A program made the position numbers and the translations under genes. This document shows, piece after piece, positions 18,129 to 28,318 of a DNA stretch of 64,000 nucleotides (position 1 is its first letter; every line of letters begins with the position of its first letter). This DNA comes from Burkholderiales bacterium. Lineage in GTDB: Bacteria > Pseudomonadota > Gammaproteobacteria > Burkholderiales > Casimicrobiaceae. The notes under the pieces were generated by a model. The model ran no database searches, was not told the origin of the DNA, and worked only from the letters and a program-made list of their open reading frames with translations. The stretch is taken from contig JAXMFO010000011.1 in NCBI GenBank assembly GCA_046347715.1, positions 56,364 to 120,363 of the forward strand. The letters are read 5' to 3'.

Positions 18129-19595
18129 CTACTTCGCCTCGGCGAGACCCGGCGGGTTCCACGTGCCCTCCCCGGCGGGCAGGATCGACGGCGCCTCGGC
18201 CTTCGGCCAATACAGCCGCATGACGAGATAGATCGGGCCGTCCGGTGCCGGCAGCCAGTTGGACTCCTTGTCCTTGCCCGGCGAGTCCTTCTGGATGTAG
18301 AGCGTCAGCGAGCCGTCCTTGTTCTTCTTCATGCCCGGCAGCATCGGCGAATTGATGAGGTAACGGTTGATCGGGTTCTTCACGAGCAGCTGGTTCTTGC
18401 CGTCGTACATGGTGACCGACCAGAACGCGTTCACCGGCGGGAACTGGTCCTTCGCGAACGTAAGCGTGTACTTGCCCTTGGCGCCGTCGAGTTCCTTGCC
18501 GTCGGGGAGCGTCTTGGTCATCGGGTACATGGCCTCGACCGCGTCGTTGCCGTAGATGCCGGCGCGCGCCGCGGCGGCCCGGAGCAGCCAGTCACCCTTG
18601 TAGAACGCGCGGTCGCCGAACGCCGAGCCCACGCTCCAGCCGTTGATCGACTTGCCGATCGCGTTCGCGCGCTCGGTGACCTTCTTGTCGCCCTCCTTCA
18701 TGCCGAGCAGGATCGCGGCCTTGTGCTCGAGCGACAGGTCCTTGAACGCGAACTTCTTGCCGGGGCCGATGCCGATGCTCGCGAGCCTGGCGCGGATCGC
18801 CTCCTCGTCCGGGGCGGGCGGGATGGTCGCGAGCGCAGCGTCGAGGAACTCGAAGAACTCGGTCTTGACGAGGTCCTTGTCGAACTTGGGCCACGTCACC
18901 TCGGGCGCCGCCGGCGGTGCCGGCTGCTTGAGGTACGCGGACAGCGGCTGCGCCTTGTAGCCGTCCTGCACCTTGATCACGTTCGGCATGTCGGCCGCAT
19001 TGAAGAGCTGCGTGCGGAAGGCGGCGAGCGAATAGTCGGACCCGGACTGGAACACCTTCTTGATGCCGGGCGGCACGTCGCCTTTCCACTTCGGTCCCGC
19101 GACGAGGTAGTCGCCGGCATCGCTGCCGGTCGCGCGGCTGCCGATGTAGCCGTAGTTGTAGGTGCTGCCGTCGTTCAGCATCACCGAGTAATAGCGCTTC
19201 TTGTCGACCGCCGGCACCGAGATCACGATCGGTTCGGCGCGCAGGTCCATCCACAGCAGCGAGTAGGGCGTGTCGCTGTTGGGCGTCGGGATCGCGGTGT
19301 CCTCGGGCGTGAAGACGCGGTGCTCGTTGAAGATCGTGTTGAACGGCGCCTTCCACTGGCCCGAGTTCTTGTCGAGGATGTACTCGTACATCACGCCGTA
19401 GTTCATCACCAGCGGCAGGCCGAAGATGAAGCCTTCCTCGGCGATCGCCTTCACCTCGGCGATGCCGGGGGCGGGAACGCCCTTGGCCACGTCCTCCTTG
19501 GCCGCCTGCGCGATGGGTTCGTCCTTCTTGCCGCACGCCGTGAGCAGGGTGGCGGTGATCAGCGCCAGGGCGAGGGTTCTTGTCATCGTTTGCAT
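18129..19595 (-). CDS. DUF1254/DUF1214 lipoprotein
   Basis: Lipobox LLTA-C, PNSDTPYSLLWMDLRAEP, FWSVTMYD, NWLPAPDGP, MRLYWP. Alternative start at 19586. Confidence 0.9.
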   Translation of the reverse strand: MQTMTRTLALALITATLLTACGKKDEPIAQAAKEDVAKGVPAPGIAEVKAIAEEGFIFGLPLVMNYGVMYEYILDKNSGQWKAPFNTIFNEHRVFTPEDTAIPTPNSDTPYSLLWMDLRAEPIVISVPAVDKKRYYSVMLNDGSTYNYGYIGSRATGSDAGDYLVAGPKWKGDVPPGIKKVFQSGSDYSLAAFRTQLFNAADMPNVIKVQDGYKAQPLSAYLKQPAPPAAPEVTWPKFDKDLVKTEFFEFLDAALATIPPAPDEEAIRARLASIGIGPGKKFAFKDLSLEHKAAILLGMKEGDKKVTERANAIGKSINGWSVGSAFGDRAFYKGDWLLRAAAARAGIYGNDAVEAMYPMTKTLPDGKELDGAKGKYTLTFAKDQFPPVNAFWSVTMYDGKNQLLVKNPINRYLINSPMLPGMKKNKDGSLTLYIQKDSPGKDKESNWLPAPDGPIYLVMRLYWPKAEAPSILPAGEGTWNPPGLAEAK

Positions 19596-19945
19596 CCGGA
19601 GGCTCCGAAAAAATTTGGATCGAGAGGTTGCGCACGGCGCCGGGGGCGCCAAGCTGCGGGAATGCAAGACCCCACACGCGGTGCGTCATCACGCACCCGG
19701 CGGTCGGCATCCCCGCGGAAAGGACAGTCCAGCGTGAAGTTCATGGCGACGCCCGGCGGTGGGCGACACCGGTGCGGTGTCCTCGGACCGTCGCCGCCAG
19801 CGCGGCGCCGGGCCCCGGGGACCGACAATCTAGCAGAAGTCCCTGGAGACCAGCTTGCAATACGCGTCAATTCGGCGCAGTGACCGGTCTGACATCGCTG
19901 TCCGATGCTGGACCAAACGCCGGGGCGTCACCTACATTCCGCGCG

Positions 19946-21067
19946 ATGATCCCGGTCGCCGATGCCCCGTCGCCGCCCGCCGCGCCCGCTGCGGACGGCG
20001 CGCGCAGCCGCGCCCTCGACGACCTGCGCACTGCGCTCACCGCGCTCGTGATCGTCCATCACGCCGCGATCACGTTCGGTGCGGACGGCAACTGGTTCTT
20101 CCGCGATCCGGCCGCCAGGTTCTCGCTGCCGCTGACCATCGTCACCGCGGTCAACCAGAGTTTCTTCATGGGCCTCTTCTTCGGCGTGGCCGGCCACTTC
20201 AGCGGGCTGTCGCTCGCACGCAAGGGGGCGCGGCGCTTCCTCGCGGACCGCGCACTGCGCCTCGGCGTGCCGGCGCTGTTCTTCGGCTGGGTGCTGCATC
20301 CGATCGTCGTTTGGCTGCAGGCGCGTTACGCGCAGCGGCCGTTCGCGTGGCCGGGATGGCGCGACTTCAATCCGGGGCCGCTGTGGTTCACGCTCGCGCT
20401 CCTTCTCTTCTGCGTCGGGCTCGTCGTGGTCCGGCGGTTCCGCCCGGCCGGCTTGCCGTCGACGGCGCCGCTGGGGGTCGCACAGGCCCCGCGGCTCGTC
20501 GTCGCGATGGCCGCGCTCACCATCGCGACGCGCTGCGTGTTTCCGTTGGGCGTGAACGTGCTCTGGTTCCAGGTCGGCTACTTTCCCCAGTACGTGCTGC
20601 TGTTCGCCGTGGGCGTGGCGAGCGGGGGCACCGATTTCCTCGCCCGCCTGCCGCGGCACTGGCTCGCACCCTCGCTGCTCGTGGGTGCGACCGCGATGGG
20701 CACCGGCCTCGCCGTGTTCCTCGTCGGTGCCGGCGGCGACGGCGCGCTCATGCGCGGCGGGACGCAGTGGCAGGCGGTGACCTGGGCGGTGCTCGAGTGC
20801 GTGCAGTGCGTCGCGTTCTGCGTGGCCGCGCTGCTGCTCGCGCGCGAGCACGCGGGTCGATCGCGGCTCGGCGGCGAACTCAGCCGCGACGCGTTCGGCG
20901 CGTACGTGCTGCACGCGCCGCTCCTGGTCGCATTCGGAATGTGGGCCTCGCACCTGCCGCTCGGAGAGGGGCCGAAGTTCCTGCTGACGGTCGCGCTTGC
21001 GATTCCGGCGAGCTTCCTCGCGGGTGCCGTGCTGCGCCGGCTGCCGCTCGCGCGGGAAATCTTCTAG
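19946..21067 (+). CDS. Acyltransferase-3 family membrane protein (MdoC/OpgC-like)
   Basis: LDDLR..LVIVHHA, FFMGLFF, RALRLGVP, GPLWF, AYVLHAP; many hydrophobic segments. Confidence 0.85.
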   Translation: MIPVADAPSPPAAPAADGARSRALDDLRTALTALVIVHHAAITFGADGNWFFRDPAARFSLPLTIVTAVNQSFFMGLFFGVAGHFSGLSLARKGARRFLADRALRLGVPALFFGWVLHPIVVWLQARYAQRPFAWPGWRDFNPGPLWFTLALLLFCVGLVVVRRFRPAGLPSTAPLGVAQAPRLVVAMAALTIATRCVFPLGVNVLWFQVGYFPQYVLLFAVGVASGGTDFLARLPRHWLAPSLLVGATAMGTGLAVFLVGAGGDGALMRGGTQWQAVTWAVLECVQCVAFCVAALLLAREHAGRSRLGGELSRDAFGAYVLHAPLLVAFGMWASHLPLGEGPKFLLTVALAIPASFLAGAVLRRLPLAREIF

Positions 21068-21119
21068 GAACGGACGGGGCTGCCCGGCGATGCCGCGGCG
21101 AAGCGGTGCCGCGGGCTGC

Positions 21120-21536
21120 CTAGACGACGCGCAGGTAGGGAAAGAACGCCCGGTCGTCGCGGACCATGTGCAGCACCAGCGGCTCGTAGAAGAGCGCGGT
21201 GAGCATCTCCATCGTCGCGAGGTCCCCGTCCGCGTGCTGCTTCATCAGCGCCCGCATCCTGGCCGCGAGGGCAGCGTGCTCCTCGCGGTGATGGATCGCT
21301 TCCGGATAGCGCGAGTCGCCGATGATCGCTTCCTCGTTCGCGAAGTGCTCGGTGCAGGCTTCGACGACGCCTTCGAGCAGCCGGTACACGCTGGACGGCT
21401 CGGCGCCGGCGCGGATCTTCGCCTCGACCGCGGCCATGGTCTCGAGGAGCCCGCGATGCTCGCGGTCGATCTGGGCGTTCCCGGACGCGTCGCTATCCCG
21501 CCACTTGCGGCCGAACAGGGAAGCGGGATGGCTCAT
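21120..21536 (-). CDS. Bacteriohemerythrin
   Basis: IDREH, HFANEE, HREEH, HMVRDD di-iron motifs. Confidence 0.88.
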   Translation of the reverse strand: MSHPASLFGRKWRDSDASGNAQIDREHRGLLETMAAVEAKIRAGAEPSSVYRLLEGVVEACTEHFANEEAIIGDSRYPEAIHHREEHAALAARMRALMKQHADGDLATMEMLTALFYEPLVLHMVRDDRAFFPYLRVV

Positions 21537-21789
21537 CGGGAACTCCAGGAAGCGCGGCGGACGGGACAGGGTCGAAGCGCAGCGAACCTCCGGGCGCGCT
21601 GGCGGCGTAACCCCCGAACATAGTCAAAATCGCCGCGCGATTTTTCGACCATGATCAAGGAATGGTAATCCGGACCGTGGTTGGGGGTGCGCCGGACCGC
21701 GTGGCGTACCTGGGGAGGCCGCGTCCGGGGCGGGCCTTAGAATCTCCCGGTCGCCGGCCGTGCGCCGGACCTTCACGAGGAACCGCCGG

Positions 21790-22185
21790 ATGCCCGGTCC
21801 GCTGCCCATCAGGCTCATGAGCCCGCCCGACATGTTCCGCGGCATCACGTACGAGCACGCCGCCGTCGTGGGTGACTTCGTCTTCCTCGCGGGCCAGGTG
21901 GCGCGTGACCGCGATGGAAATACCGTGGCGCCGCACGACACCGCCTGCCAGACGGTGCAGGTCTACGCCAACCTGCGGCGGGTGCTCGAGTATGCGGGAT
22001 GCGCGCCGTCCGACGTGGTCAAGGTCACGACCTACCTCGTCGATGCCGCCGACACGCCGCTGGTGCTCGCGGCGCACAACGCGTTCTTCGCCGGGCACCG
22101 GCCGCCGCACACGCTGGTGACGGTCTTGCGCCTTACGCGCGAGGACATGCGCATGGAAGTCGACGTGATCGCGCGCAAGCCCTGA
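21790..22185 (+). CDS. RidA/YjgF family protein
   Basis: VFLAGQVA, DVVKVTTYLVD, RPPHT, EVDVIA. Confidence 0.88.
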   Translation: MPGPLPIRLMSPPDMFRGITYEHAAVVGDFVFLAGQVARDRDGNTVAPHDTACQTVQVYANLRRVLEYAGCAPSDVVKVTTYLVDAADTPLVLAAHNAFFAGHRPPHTLVTVLRLTREDMRMEVDVIARKP

Positions 22186-22518
22186 GCGCGCGCGGCCGGG
22201 GGGGCGGTGCCGCGTGGATCACTACGCGCGTGCGCAGCGCGTGGATACTGCGTTGCGGTCGCCGCCCGACGACGCCCGATCGGCGTGCGTTCGAAAGATC
22301 GCGGACACCAGAATTCTCGGGACGTACGTCAACGGCAAGGCGATGGCGCCGCAGCATGGCGGCCGGCGCGCCGCAATCCGAGCCCGCCACGGGGCCGGGT
22401 TGCGCCGGAAGGCGGCGGAGGAACGGGTCGCACAGTCCGGAGCACCGGCCGCCGCACCGTGCGTGCGACGGCGGCACGCTATGATGCGGCGTTGCCGCCG
22501 TTGCGCGATCGCCGCTCC

Positions 22519-23634
22519 ATGCCTCGTTCCACTCTCAAGATCACCAAGCCGCCCGCTGCGGAAGCGGCGCGCGCGCCGTCGTCGCGGGCGATCCGGGCGC
22601 GGCTGCAGGCCACCCGCAACCGGCCGCCGCCGCCCGTGGAGCCGTCGCCGCCCGCAACGGCGCCTGCCGCCGCGCCTGCCGCGGCCCGGCGCCCGCAGGC
22701 GCAGGCGGCATCGGAGGGCGCGGCCGCGCGAAGCGGCCCCGGCAAGCGTCCGCGGCGCCGTGCCGCTGCGCCGGTGCCGGCCCCGGCAGCCGCGGAGCGC
22801 GCCGCGACGTCTGTCGCGAAGCGGCCGCGTGCGAAGTCCGGCCCCGCGAACGCGGCGCCGCCGCGGGCCAGCGCGCCGGCCGTGCGTGCGCGGCCCGACG
22901 CCGACGAATCCCCGCGCCTGTCCAAGCGCATGAGCGAACTCGGCCTGTGCTCGCGCCGCGAGGCCGACGAGTGGATCGCGCGCGGGTGGGTCAAGGTCGA
23001 CGGCACGGTCGTGGACACCCTCGGCACACGCGTCGAGCGCTCGGCGCGCATCGAGATCGCCACCCCGGCCGCCATGGCGCAGCAGGAACTCGTCACCATC
23101 CTCCTCAACAAGCCGGTGGGCTACGTGTCGGGGCAGGCGGAGGACGGCTACAAGCCCGCGTCGGTGCTGATCGTCCCGGAGAACCACTGGGACGGCGATC
23201 CGTCGCGCATCCCGTTCAAGCCCGCGCACCTGCGCGGGCTCGCGCCCGCGGGCCGTCTCGACATCGACTCCACGGGGCTCCTCGTATTCACGCAGGACGG
23301 GCGCGTCGCGAAGCGCCTCATCGGTGCCGATTCCGAAGTCGAGAAGGAATACCTCGTGCGGGTCGAGGGCACGCTCGACGCGGCCGGCATGCGCCTGCTG
23401 CAGCACGGCCTCGTGCTCGACGGCGTGAAGCTGAAACCCGCGCGCGTGTCGTGGCAGAACGAGCACCAGCTGCGCTTCGTGCTGCGCGAAGGGCGCAAGC
23501 GCCAGATCCGTCGCATGTGCGAGCAGGTCGGGCTCACGGTGACCGGGTTGAAGCGCGTGCGCAGCGGCAGCGTGTCGCTGGGCCCGCTTCCCGTGGGCCA
23601 GTGGCGCTACCTGCGCCGCGACGAGAAGTTCTAG
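22519..23634 (+). CDS. rRNA pseudouridine synthase (RsuA/RluF family) with S4 domain
   Basis: [18 protein letters not shown] (S4), [27 protein letters not shown]; Ala/Pro/Arg-rich N-terminal extension. Confidence 0.92.
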   Translation: MPRSTLKITKPPAAEAARAPSSRAIRARLQATRNRPPPPVEPSPPATAPAAAPAAARRPQAQAASEGAAARSGPGKRPRRRAAAPVPAPAAAERAATSVAKRPRAKSGPANAAPPRASAPAVRARPDADESPRLSKRMSELGLCSRREADEWIARGWVKVDGTVVDTLGTRVERSARIEIATPAAMAQQELVTILLNKPVGYVSGQAEDGYKPASVLIVPENHWDGDPSRIPFKPAHLRGLAPAGRLDIDSTGLLVFTQDGRVAKRLIGADSEVEKEYLVRVEGTLDAAGMRLLQHGLVLDGVKLKPARVSWQNEHQLRFVLREGRKRQIRRMCEQVGLTVTGLKRVRSGSVSLGPLPVGQWRYLRRDEKF

Positions 23635-23644
23635 GGATCCCGCC

Positions 23645-24016
23645 ATGGACCACGACGCGCCCCCTCCGCAGGCCACGCTCGACCCGCTGCGCGACGCGCT
23701 GCGCGCGTTCACCGCCGCGCGCGACTGGGGCCAGTTCCATTCGCCCAAGAACCTCGCGATGGCGCTGTCGGTCGAGGCGGCGGAACTGCTCGAGGTGTTC
23801 CAGTGGATGCCCGACGCGGACAGCCGCCACCCGGAGCCCGCGGCGCGTGCCGCGGCGGCGGAGGAAATCGCCGACGTGCTGCTCTACCTCATCCTGATTG
23901 GCGATGCGCTCGGCATCGACCCGGTCGCCGCCGCCGAGCGCAAGATCGCCGCGAACGCGGAGAAGTACCCGGTCGACAAGGCGCGCGGCACGAGCCGCAA
24001 GTACACCGAGCTCTAG
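23645..24016 (+). CDS. MazG-like nucleotide pyrophosphohydrolase
   Basis: RDWGQFHSPKNLAMALSVEAAELLEVFQW, EEIADV, NAEKYP. Confidence 0.92.
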   Translation: MDHDAPPPQATLDPLRDALRAFTAARDWGQFHSPKNLAMALSVEAAELLEVFQWMPDADSRHPEPAARAAAAEEIADVLLYLILIGDALGIDPVAAAERKIAANAEKYPVDKARGTSRKYTEL

Positions 24017-24018
24017 GC

Positions 24019-25212
24019 GTGGACGAAGCCCCGACGCTGCAGTGGACCGAGGGCGAGGCTGCGCGCAGCGCGCGCTGGCACTCGGAGCGTGGCGCGCCGC
24101 CGCCGCGCCACGTCGAGATCGTCGACGACACCACGACCGCGGACCATGCGTACGGCCTCGCGTGCCAGGGCACGGGGCTCCTGTGGCGCGGCGACTTCCA
24201 GAACGCGCGGCAGCTCCTGAACGCGCTCGCCAGCCGGGCGGACCGGCCGGCGAAGCGCAAGCGCGGGACGGCGCCGGAGCCCTCGCCGGGCACGCCCGCG
24301 ATGGCGAACGCGTTCCACCTGCAGCGCCAGGCGCGTTCGCAGCGCGCGCGCACGCTCGGCATGCTGCTGATCGAGCTCGGCGCCGACTACGGCATGGCGC
24401 TGCGCCGGGCCCCCGACCTGCGCGCGGCGTGCATGGAGGCCTACGGTCCGGCCGAGGGGCCTTCGGTCGTTTCGCTGCGCGAACTGCTTGGCGTCGTCGG
24501 CGCGCACGAGTGGCGCGTGCGCGGCATCGAGATTCCGGCGGCCGGCGGGTGCGTGCATCCGCACTACGGCGTGTTTGCGCCGGTGCGCCGCGAGTACGTC
24601 GACCTCGTCGCCGCCGCGCCGCTGCCCGCAGCCGTCCGCGACGGCGGGGTCGCGTTCGACGTCGGCACCGGCACCGGCGTGCTGGCGGCCATCCTCGCGC
24701 GGCGCGGCGTGGCGCGCGTCGTCGCCACCGACCACGATGCGCGTGCGCTGGCGTGTGCACGCGGGAACATCGAGCGGCTCGGGCTCGCGGGCACCGTGGA
24801 GGTCGTCGCGGTCGATCTCTTCCCGCCCGGGCAGGCCGCGCTCGTGGTGTGCAACCCGCCGTGGATTCCGGCGCGCCCGAGCTCGCCGCTGGAGTACGCG
24901 ATCTACGATCCCGAGAGCCGGATGCTGCGCGGTTTCCTCGCCGGTGCGCGCGAACACCTCACGGCCGACGGCGAGGCCTGGCTCGTCCTGTCCGACATCG
25001 CCGAGCACCTCGGACTGCGCACGCGCGGCGAACTGCAGGATGCGTTCGCGAAGGCGTCGCTGGCGGTGATCGACCGGCTCGACGTGCGGCCCGTGCACCC
25101 GAAGGCGCTCGACGCGGCCGACCCGCTGCACGCGGCGCGGGCGGCGGAGGTGACGTCGCTGTGGCGGTTGCGGGCGACGCCCGACGATACTCTTCCGGTC
25201 GGACGCCCCTGA
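24019..25212 (+). CDS. Class I SAM-dependent methyltransferase (MTS-type)
   Basis: HPHYGVFAPVRREY, FDVGTGTGVLA, VCNPPW; GTG start 2 bp after the upstream stop. Confidence 0.88.
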   Translation: MDEAPTLQWTEGEAARSARWHSERGAPPPRHVEIVDDTTTADHAYGLACQGTGLLWRGDFQNARQLLNALASRADRPAKRKRGTAPEPSPGTPAMANAFHLQRQARSQRARTLGMLLIELGADYGMALRRAPDLRAACMEAYGPAEGPSVVSLRELLGVVGAHEWRVRGIEIPAAGGCVHPHYGVFAPVRREYVDLVAAAPLPAAVRDGGVAFDVGTGTGVLAAILARRGVARVVATDHDARALACARGNIERLGLAGTVEVVAVDLFPPGQAALVVCNPPWIPARPSSPLEYAIYDPESRMLRGFLAGAREHLTADGEAWLVLSDIAEHLGLRTRGELQDAFAKASLAVIDRLDVRPVHPKALDAADPLHAARAAEVTSLWRLRATPDDTLPVGRP

Positions 25213-25213
25213 A

Positions 25214-25256
25214 ACTCCCTCTCCCCGCTTGCGGGGAGAGGGCTGGGGTGAGGGGA
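25214..25256. repeat. REP-like palindromic element (CCCTCTCCCCG...CGGGGAGAGGG type), possible bidirectional terminator
   Basis: ctccctctccccgcttgcggggagagggctggggtgagggg between convergent genes; related copies at 45246-45285 and 63694-63734. Confidence 0.75.
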
Positions 25257-25293
25257 GCGCGCGCGCCGGGCGCGCTCCGTGCGCAGGCTGCCG

Positions 25294-28077
25294 TTACCGC
25301 GCCTTCTCCATCGCCGCCAGCACCTTGCCGATGCGCTCGCGGTCGGCCGCGTCGGCGACCCCGGGCTCCGCGCACCACGCGAGCAGCCGCTCCTGCGGTG
25401 CGCCTGCCCCCGGCGTGTTCGCGTTCTCGAAACGCTGCTTCAACTGCTTCACCTGCAGCGCAAGCCGCTGCGCCGCGAACTGCGCGGGCGATTCGAGGCC
25501 GAGCGCGATCTCGAGGGCGAGCAGCATCTCGCGGCGCGGTTCCACCGCGCGGTCCATGCGCGCGACGTAGGCGTCGCGCGCGCCGGCATCGCCCAATGCC
25601 CGCAGGGCCGCGTCGAGGCGGCCGGCGATCGTCTTCTCCCACGCCGGCGGCAGCGCCGGCAGCGCGGCCCAGCGCTCGCGCAGCGGCGCTTCGGCCGGCA
25701 GTTCGCCGCCCGCGCGCAACTGCGCGTCGACCTCCTCGCACAGCCGCTCCTTCGCGGCGAGTGTCTGCCAGCCGGCCGCTTCGCGCGAACGCGCCCGCGA
25801 CGCCAGCGCCGCCTCGACGGCCGCGGTCGCCGCGCGGAAGCGCGACTCCACGCCGCGCAGCGCAGGATCGTGCCCGCCCGCGCGCTTGCGCCACTGGTCC
25901 GCGAGGTCGCGCAGCGCCCGCCGCACCTCGCCGTCGGGCTTGTCGCCCGCCGCCGCCAGTTGCTCGGCCTCCACGCACAGCGCCTCCAGCCCGCGCAGGT
26001 GCTCGTGGCGCGCGCCGTCGACTTCCTTGCGCTTGGCCTTGCGCGCGTCGAAGACCGCGTTGCAAGCCGCGCGGAACGACTCCCACAGCGCGCGCTCGTC
26101 GCGCTGCGGCAGTCCGACTTCCTTCGCGATGACCTGCCACTTCGCATGCAGCGTCTTGACCTGCGTGGGCGCGTCGCGGTCCATCGCCTTGGCGGCGAGC
26201 GCCGTGGCCTCGTCGATCAGCGCCTGTCGCGCGGCCTTCGCCTGCGTGCGTGCCGCGCCGAGCGCATCGCGCGCAGGTGCCAGCGCCTCGCGCAGCCGGT
26301 TGTCGAAGCCCTTCCACGCCTTGGGATCGACGCTGCCCAGGTCGCCCTCGCGCCACGCGCGGTCGGTGTCGCGCAGCCAGTGCTCGATCGCACGCCAGTC
26401 GCGCGGCTCGGCCGCCAGCAGCGTGGGCACGTGCGCGGCGGCGGCGGCGATGAACTCGTCGCGGCGCTGGCGCGATTCCTTCTTCTGTGCGGCCACCTGC
26501 GCGAAGTGCCGCGCCGCCGGCGCGTACGCCTTCTCGCACGCGCGGTCGAAGCGCTCCCACAGCGACTTCGGCACGCCCGCGTGCTGCTGGTCGAGCGCCT
26601 TCCACTCGTCCCGCAGCTTCTTCACCTCGTTCGCCACCTTGGGCGGCTCGAGCGTGGCCGTCGCGAGCGCCTCGGCCCGCTCGCACAGCTGCACGCGCGC
26701 GTGCTGCTGGCCGAACGACTCCCAGCGCTCCAGCTCGCCCAGCTGGTGCAGCAGGCGGCCCAGGCGCTGGTTGGTCGGCTTCGGCAGGACGCCGGCCTCG
26801 GGCTTGCGCGCCTTGATCTCGTCGGCGGCGGCGCGCGCGCTCTTCAACTCCCCGGCGGCGAGCGCCTGCTCGGCCGTGTGCAGCAGCGCGTGCAGCTGCG
26901 CGCGCGCGGCCTTCGCGGACTGCTCCGCTGCCTGCGCCTGCGCGAGCCGGCGCTGCTCGACCACGATCAGCGCGGCCTCGAACCGGCGCGTGAGGTCCGG
27001 CGTGCGGATCGCGCGATCGAGCGCCTGCCAGCGGTCCGGCAGCTTGGCGTCGTCGATCGACGTGCCCGCGGCCAGCGCCTCGGCTTCCTCGACCAGCGCC
27101 AGTGCCCCGGCGTGCGCGACGCGCTCCTGCGCCCACGTGTCGATGCGCTGCGCCACCGCGGCGAGCTTCGCCTGCGCGACGGCATCCTGCGCGTGCCCGA
27201 CCTCCGCGCGCACCTCGTCCAGTTCGGCGCGCGCGGCGGCGATTGCCGCCTCGTCGGCCGGGACGTCGCGCGCGCCGAGGGCGTCGAGCCGGCGGTGCAG
27301 GCGCACGCGCGCCAGCTCGTCCTCGCGCTCCTTGTCGAGGCGCGCCTGCAGCGTCTGGCGCGCGGCCTCGACGCGGGCGCGCCGCTCGGTGTCGATCCCC
27401 GGGTCGAGCGCGTGCCAGCGGCGGTCCAGCTCGACCAGCGGCGACAGGATCGCACCGGGAGTCGTGGCGAGCGCTTCCAGCTCGGCGAGGATCGCGTCGG
27501 CCTCCGCGGCCTGGCTCTCGCCGTGCGCGAGCGCGTCGAGGCGCTTGCGGGCGAGGCGCGCCACGCCGTTGTCCTTGTTGCGGGCGGCGTCGGCGAGCTT
27601 GCGCAGCGCCGCGGGCGCGTGCACGCGCTCGGCGGCGGCGAGGCGCGTCTCCGCGTGCTCGGCAGTGAGCGCGACGTCGACCAGCGTCTCCTCGTCCTGC
27701 AGCGTCGCCACCGCGAGGCGGCGGCGTTCCGGATCGGCGGCGCGGCGGGCGACGTCGGCGCGCAGTGCGTCGGGGCAGTCCGGCGATTCGAGCGTCGTGC
27801 GTGCGGCGGCGGCGTCGGCGGTGGCTGCGAGTGCCGCACCGAGCGCGGCCGCAAGCGCGGAACGCACGCCGGCGTCCGCTTCCGTTCGCCACGCGGCGCC
27901 GAGCGCGGCGACGTCGGTGCAGCGGGCGGCCGCGGCGGCGCGCACTTCCGGCGCCGGGTCCTCCGCGAGGAGAAGGGCGAGGTCGGGGGCGTCCGCCGGC
28001 AGGGCCGCCACGCCCTGCACGCGTTGCGCCGGGTCGGCGTGCTCGTGCAGGGGCCGGAACAGGTATTTGGAGATCAT
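25294..28077 (-). CDS. DUF349 domain-containing helical protein (927 aa)
   Basis: Repeated LRDEWKAL..LWERFDRAC, LHAKWQVI..LWESFRAAC, KERLCEE units; HEAT-like N-terminus. Confidence 0.8.
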   Translation of the reverse strand: MISKYLFRPLHEHADPAQRVQGVAALPADAPDLALLLAEDPAPEVRAAAAARCTDVAALGAAWRTEADAGVRSALAAALGAALAATADAAAARTTLESPDCPDALRADVARRAADPERRRLAVATLQDEETLVDVALTAEHAETRLAAAERVHAPAALRKLADAARNKDNGVARLARKRLDALAHGESQAAEADAILAELEALATTPGAILSPLVELDRRWHALDPGIDTERRARVEAARQTLQARLDKEREDELARVRLHRRLDALGARDVPADEAAIAAARAELDEVRAEVGHAQDAVAQAKLAAVAQRIDTWAQERVAHAGALALVEEAEALAAGTSIDDAKLPDRWQALDRAIRTPDLTRRFEAALIVVEQRRLAQAQAAEQSAKAARAQLHALLHTAEQALAAGELKSARAAADEIKARKPEAGVLPKPTNQRLGRLLHQLGELERWESFGQQHARVQLCERAEALATATLEPPKVANEVKKLRDEWKALDQQHAGVPKSLWERFDRACEKAYAPAARHFAQVAAQKKESRQRRDEFIAAAAAHVPTLLAAEPRDWRAIEHWLRDTDRAWREGDLGSVDPKAWKGFDNRLREALAPARDALGAARTQAKAARQALIDEATALAAKAMDRDAPTQVKTLHAKWQVIAKEVGLPQRDERALWESFRAACNAVFDARKAKRKEVDGARHEHLRGLEALCVEAEQLAAAGDKPDGEVRRALRDLADQWRKRAGGHDPALRGVESRFRAATAAVEAALASRARSREAAGWQTLAAKERLCEEVDAQLRAGGELPAEAPLRERWAALPALPPAWEKTIAGRLDAALRALGDAGARDAYVARMDRAVEPRREMLLALEIALGLESPAQFAAQRLALQVKQLKQRFENANTPGAGAPQERLLAWCAEPGVADAADRERIGKVLAAMEKAR

Positions 28078-28218
28078 GTCGGGACGTGCGGAGGGGCAAG
28101 GCGGGCGGTGTCGCGCGACGCCCAAGGCACGATGTTACCTAAAGCCGGAGGGAGCCGTGCCGTGGGCATGCGCGGCGATCCGGCGCGGCAAGGCGTCGCG
28201 CCTCGCCGGCCGGCGGCC

Positions 28219-28294
28219 GGTGTCTGACACCGCCTATGCGGTGTCAGACACCAAAGCGCCCGCGCGGCGAACGGAGGCACCGGGGTCGGACCCC
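28219..28294. repeat. Short palindromic REP-like repeats (GGTGTCWGACACC x2, GGGGTCGGACCCC)
   Basis: 13-bp palindromes at 28219-28231 and 28240-28252 (21-bp period) and a variant at 28282-28294. Confidence 0.75.
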
Positions 28295-28318
28295 TCCGGG
28301 ATCTGACAGCTGCCCGCC

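Noticed and set aside
21620-21655. Imperfect inverted repeat between the hemerythrin and RidA genes as a possible riboswitch or ncRNA
   Set aside because: No recognisable Rfam motif; it could be an operator but there is no support.
25279-28306. Long plus-strand ORFs (982 aa, 806 aa) opposite the DUF349 gene
   Set aside because: Shadow ORFs; the minus-strand frame has the coherent repeat motifs.
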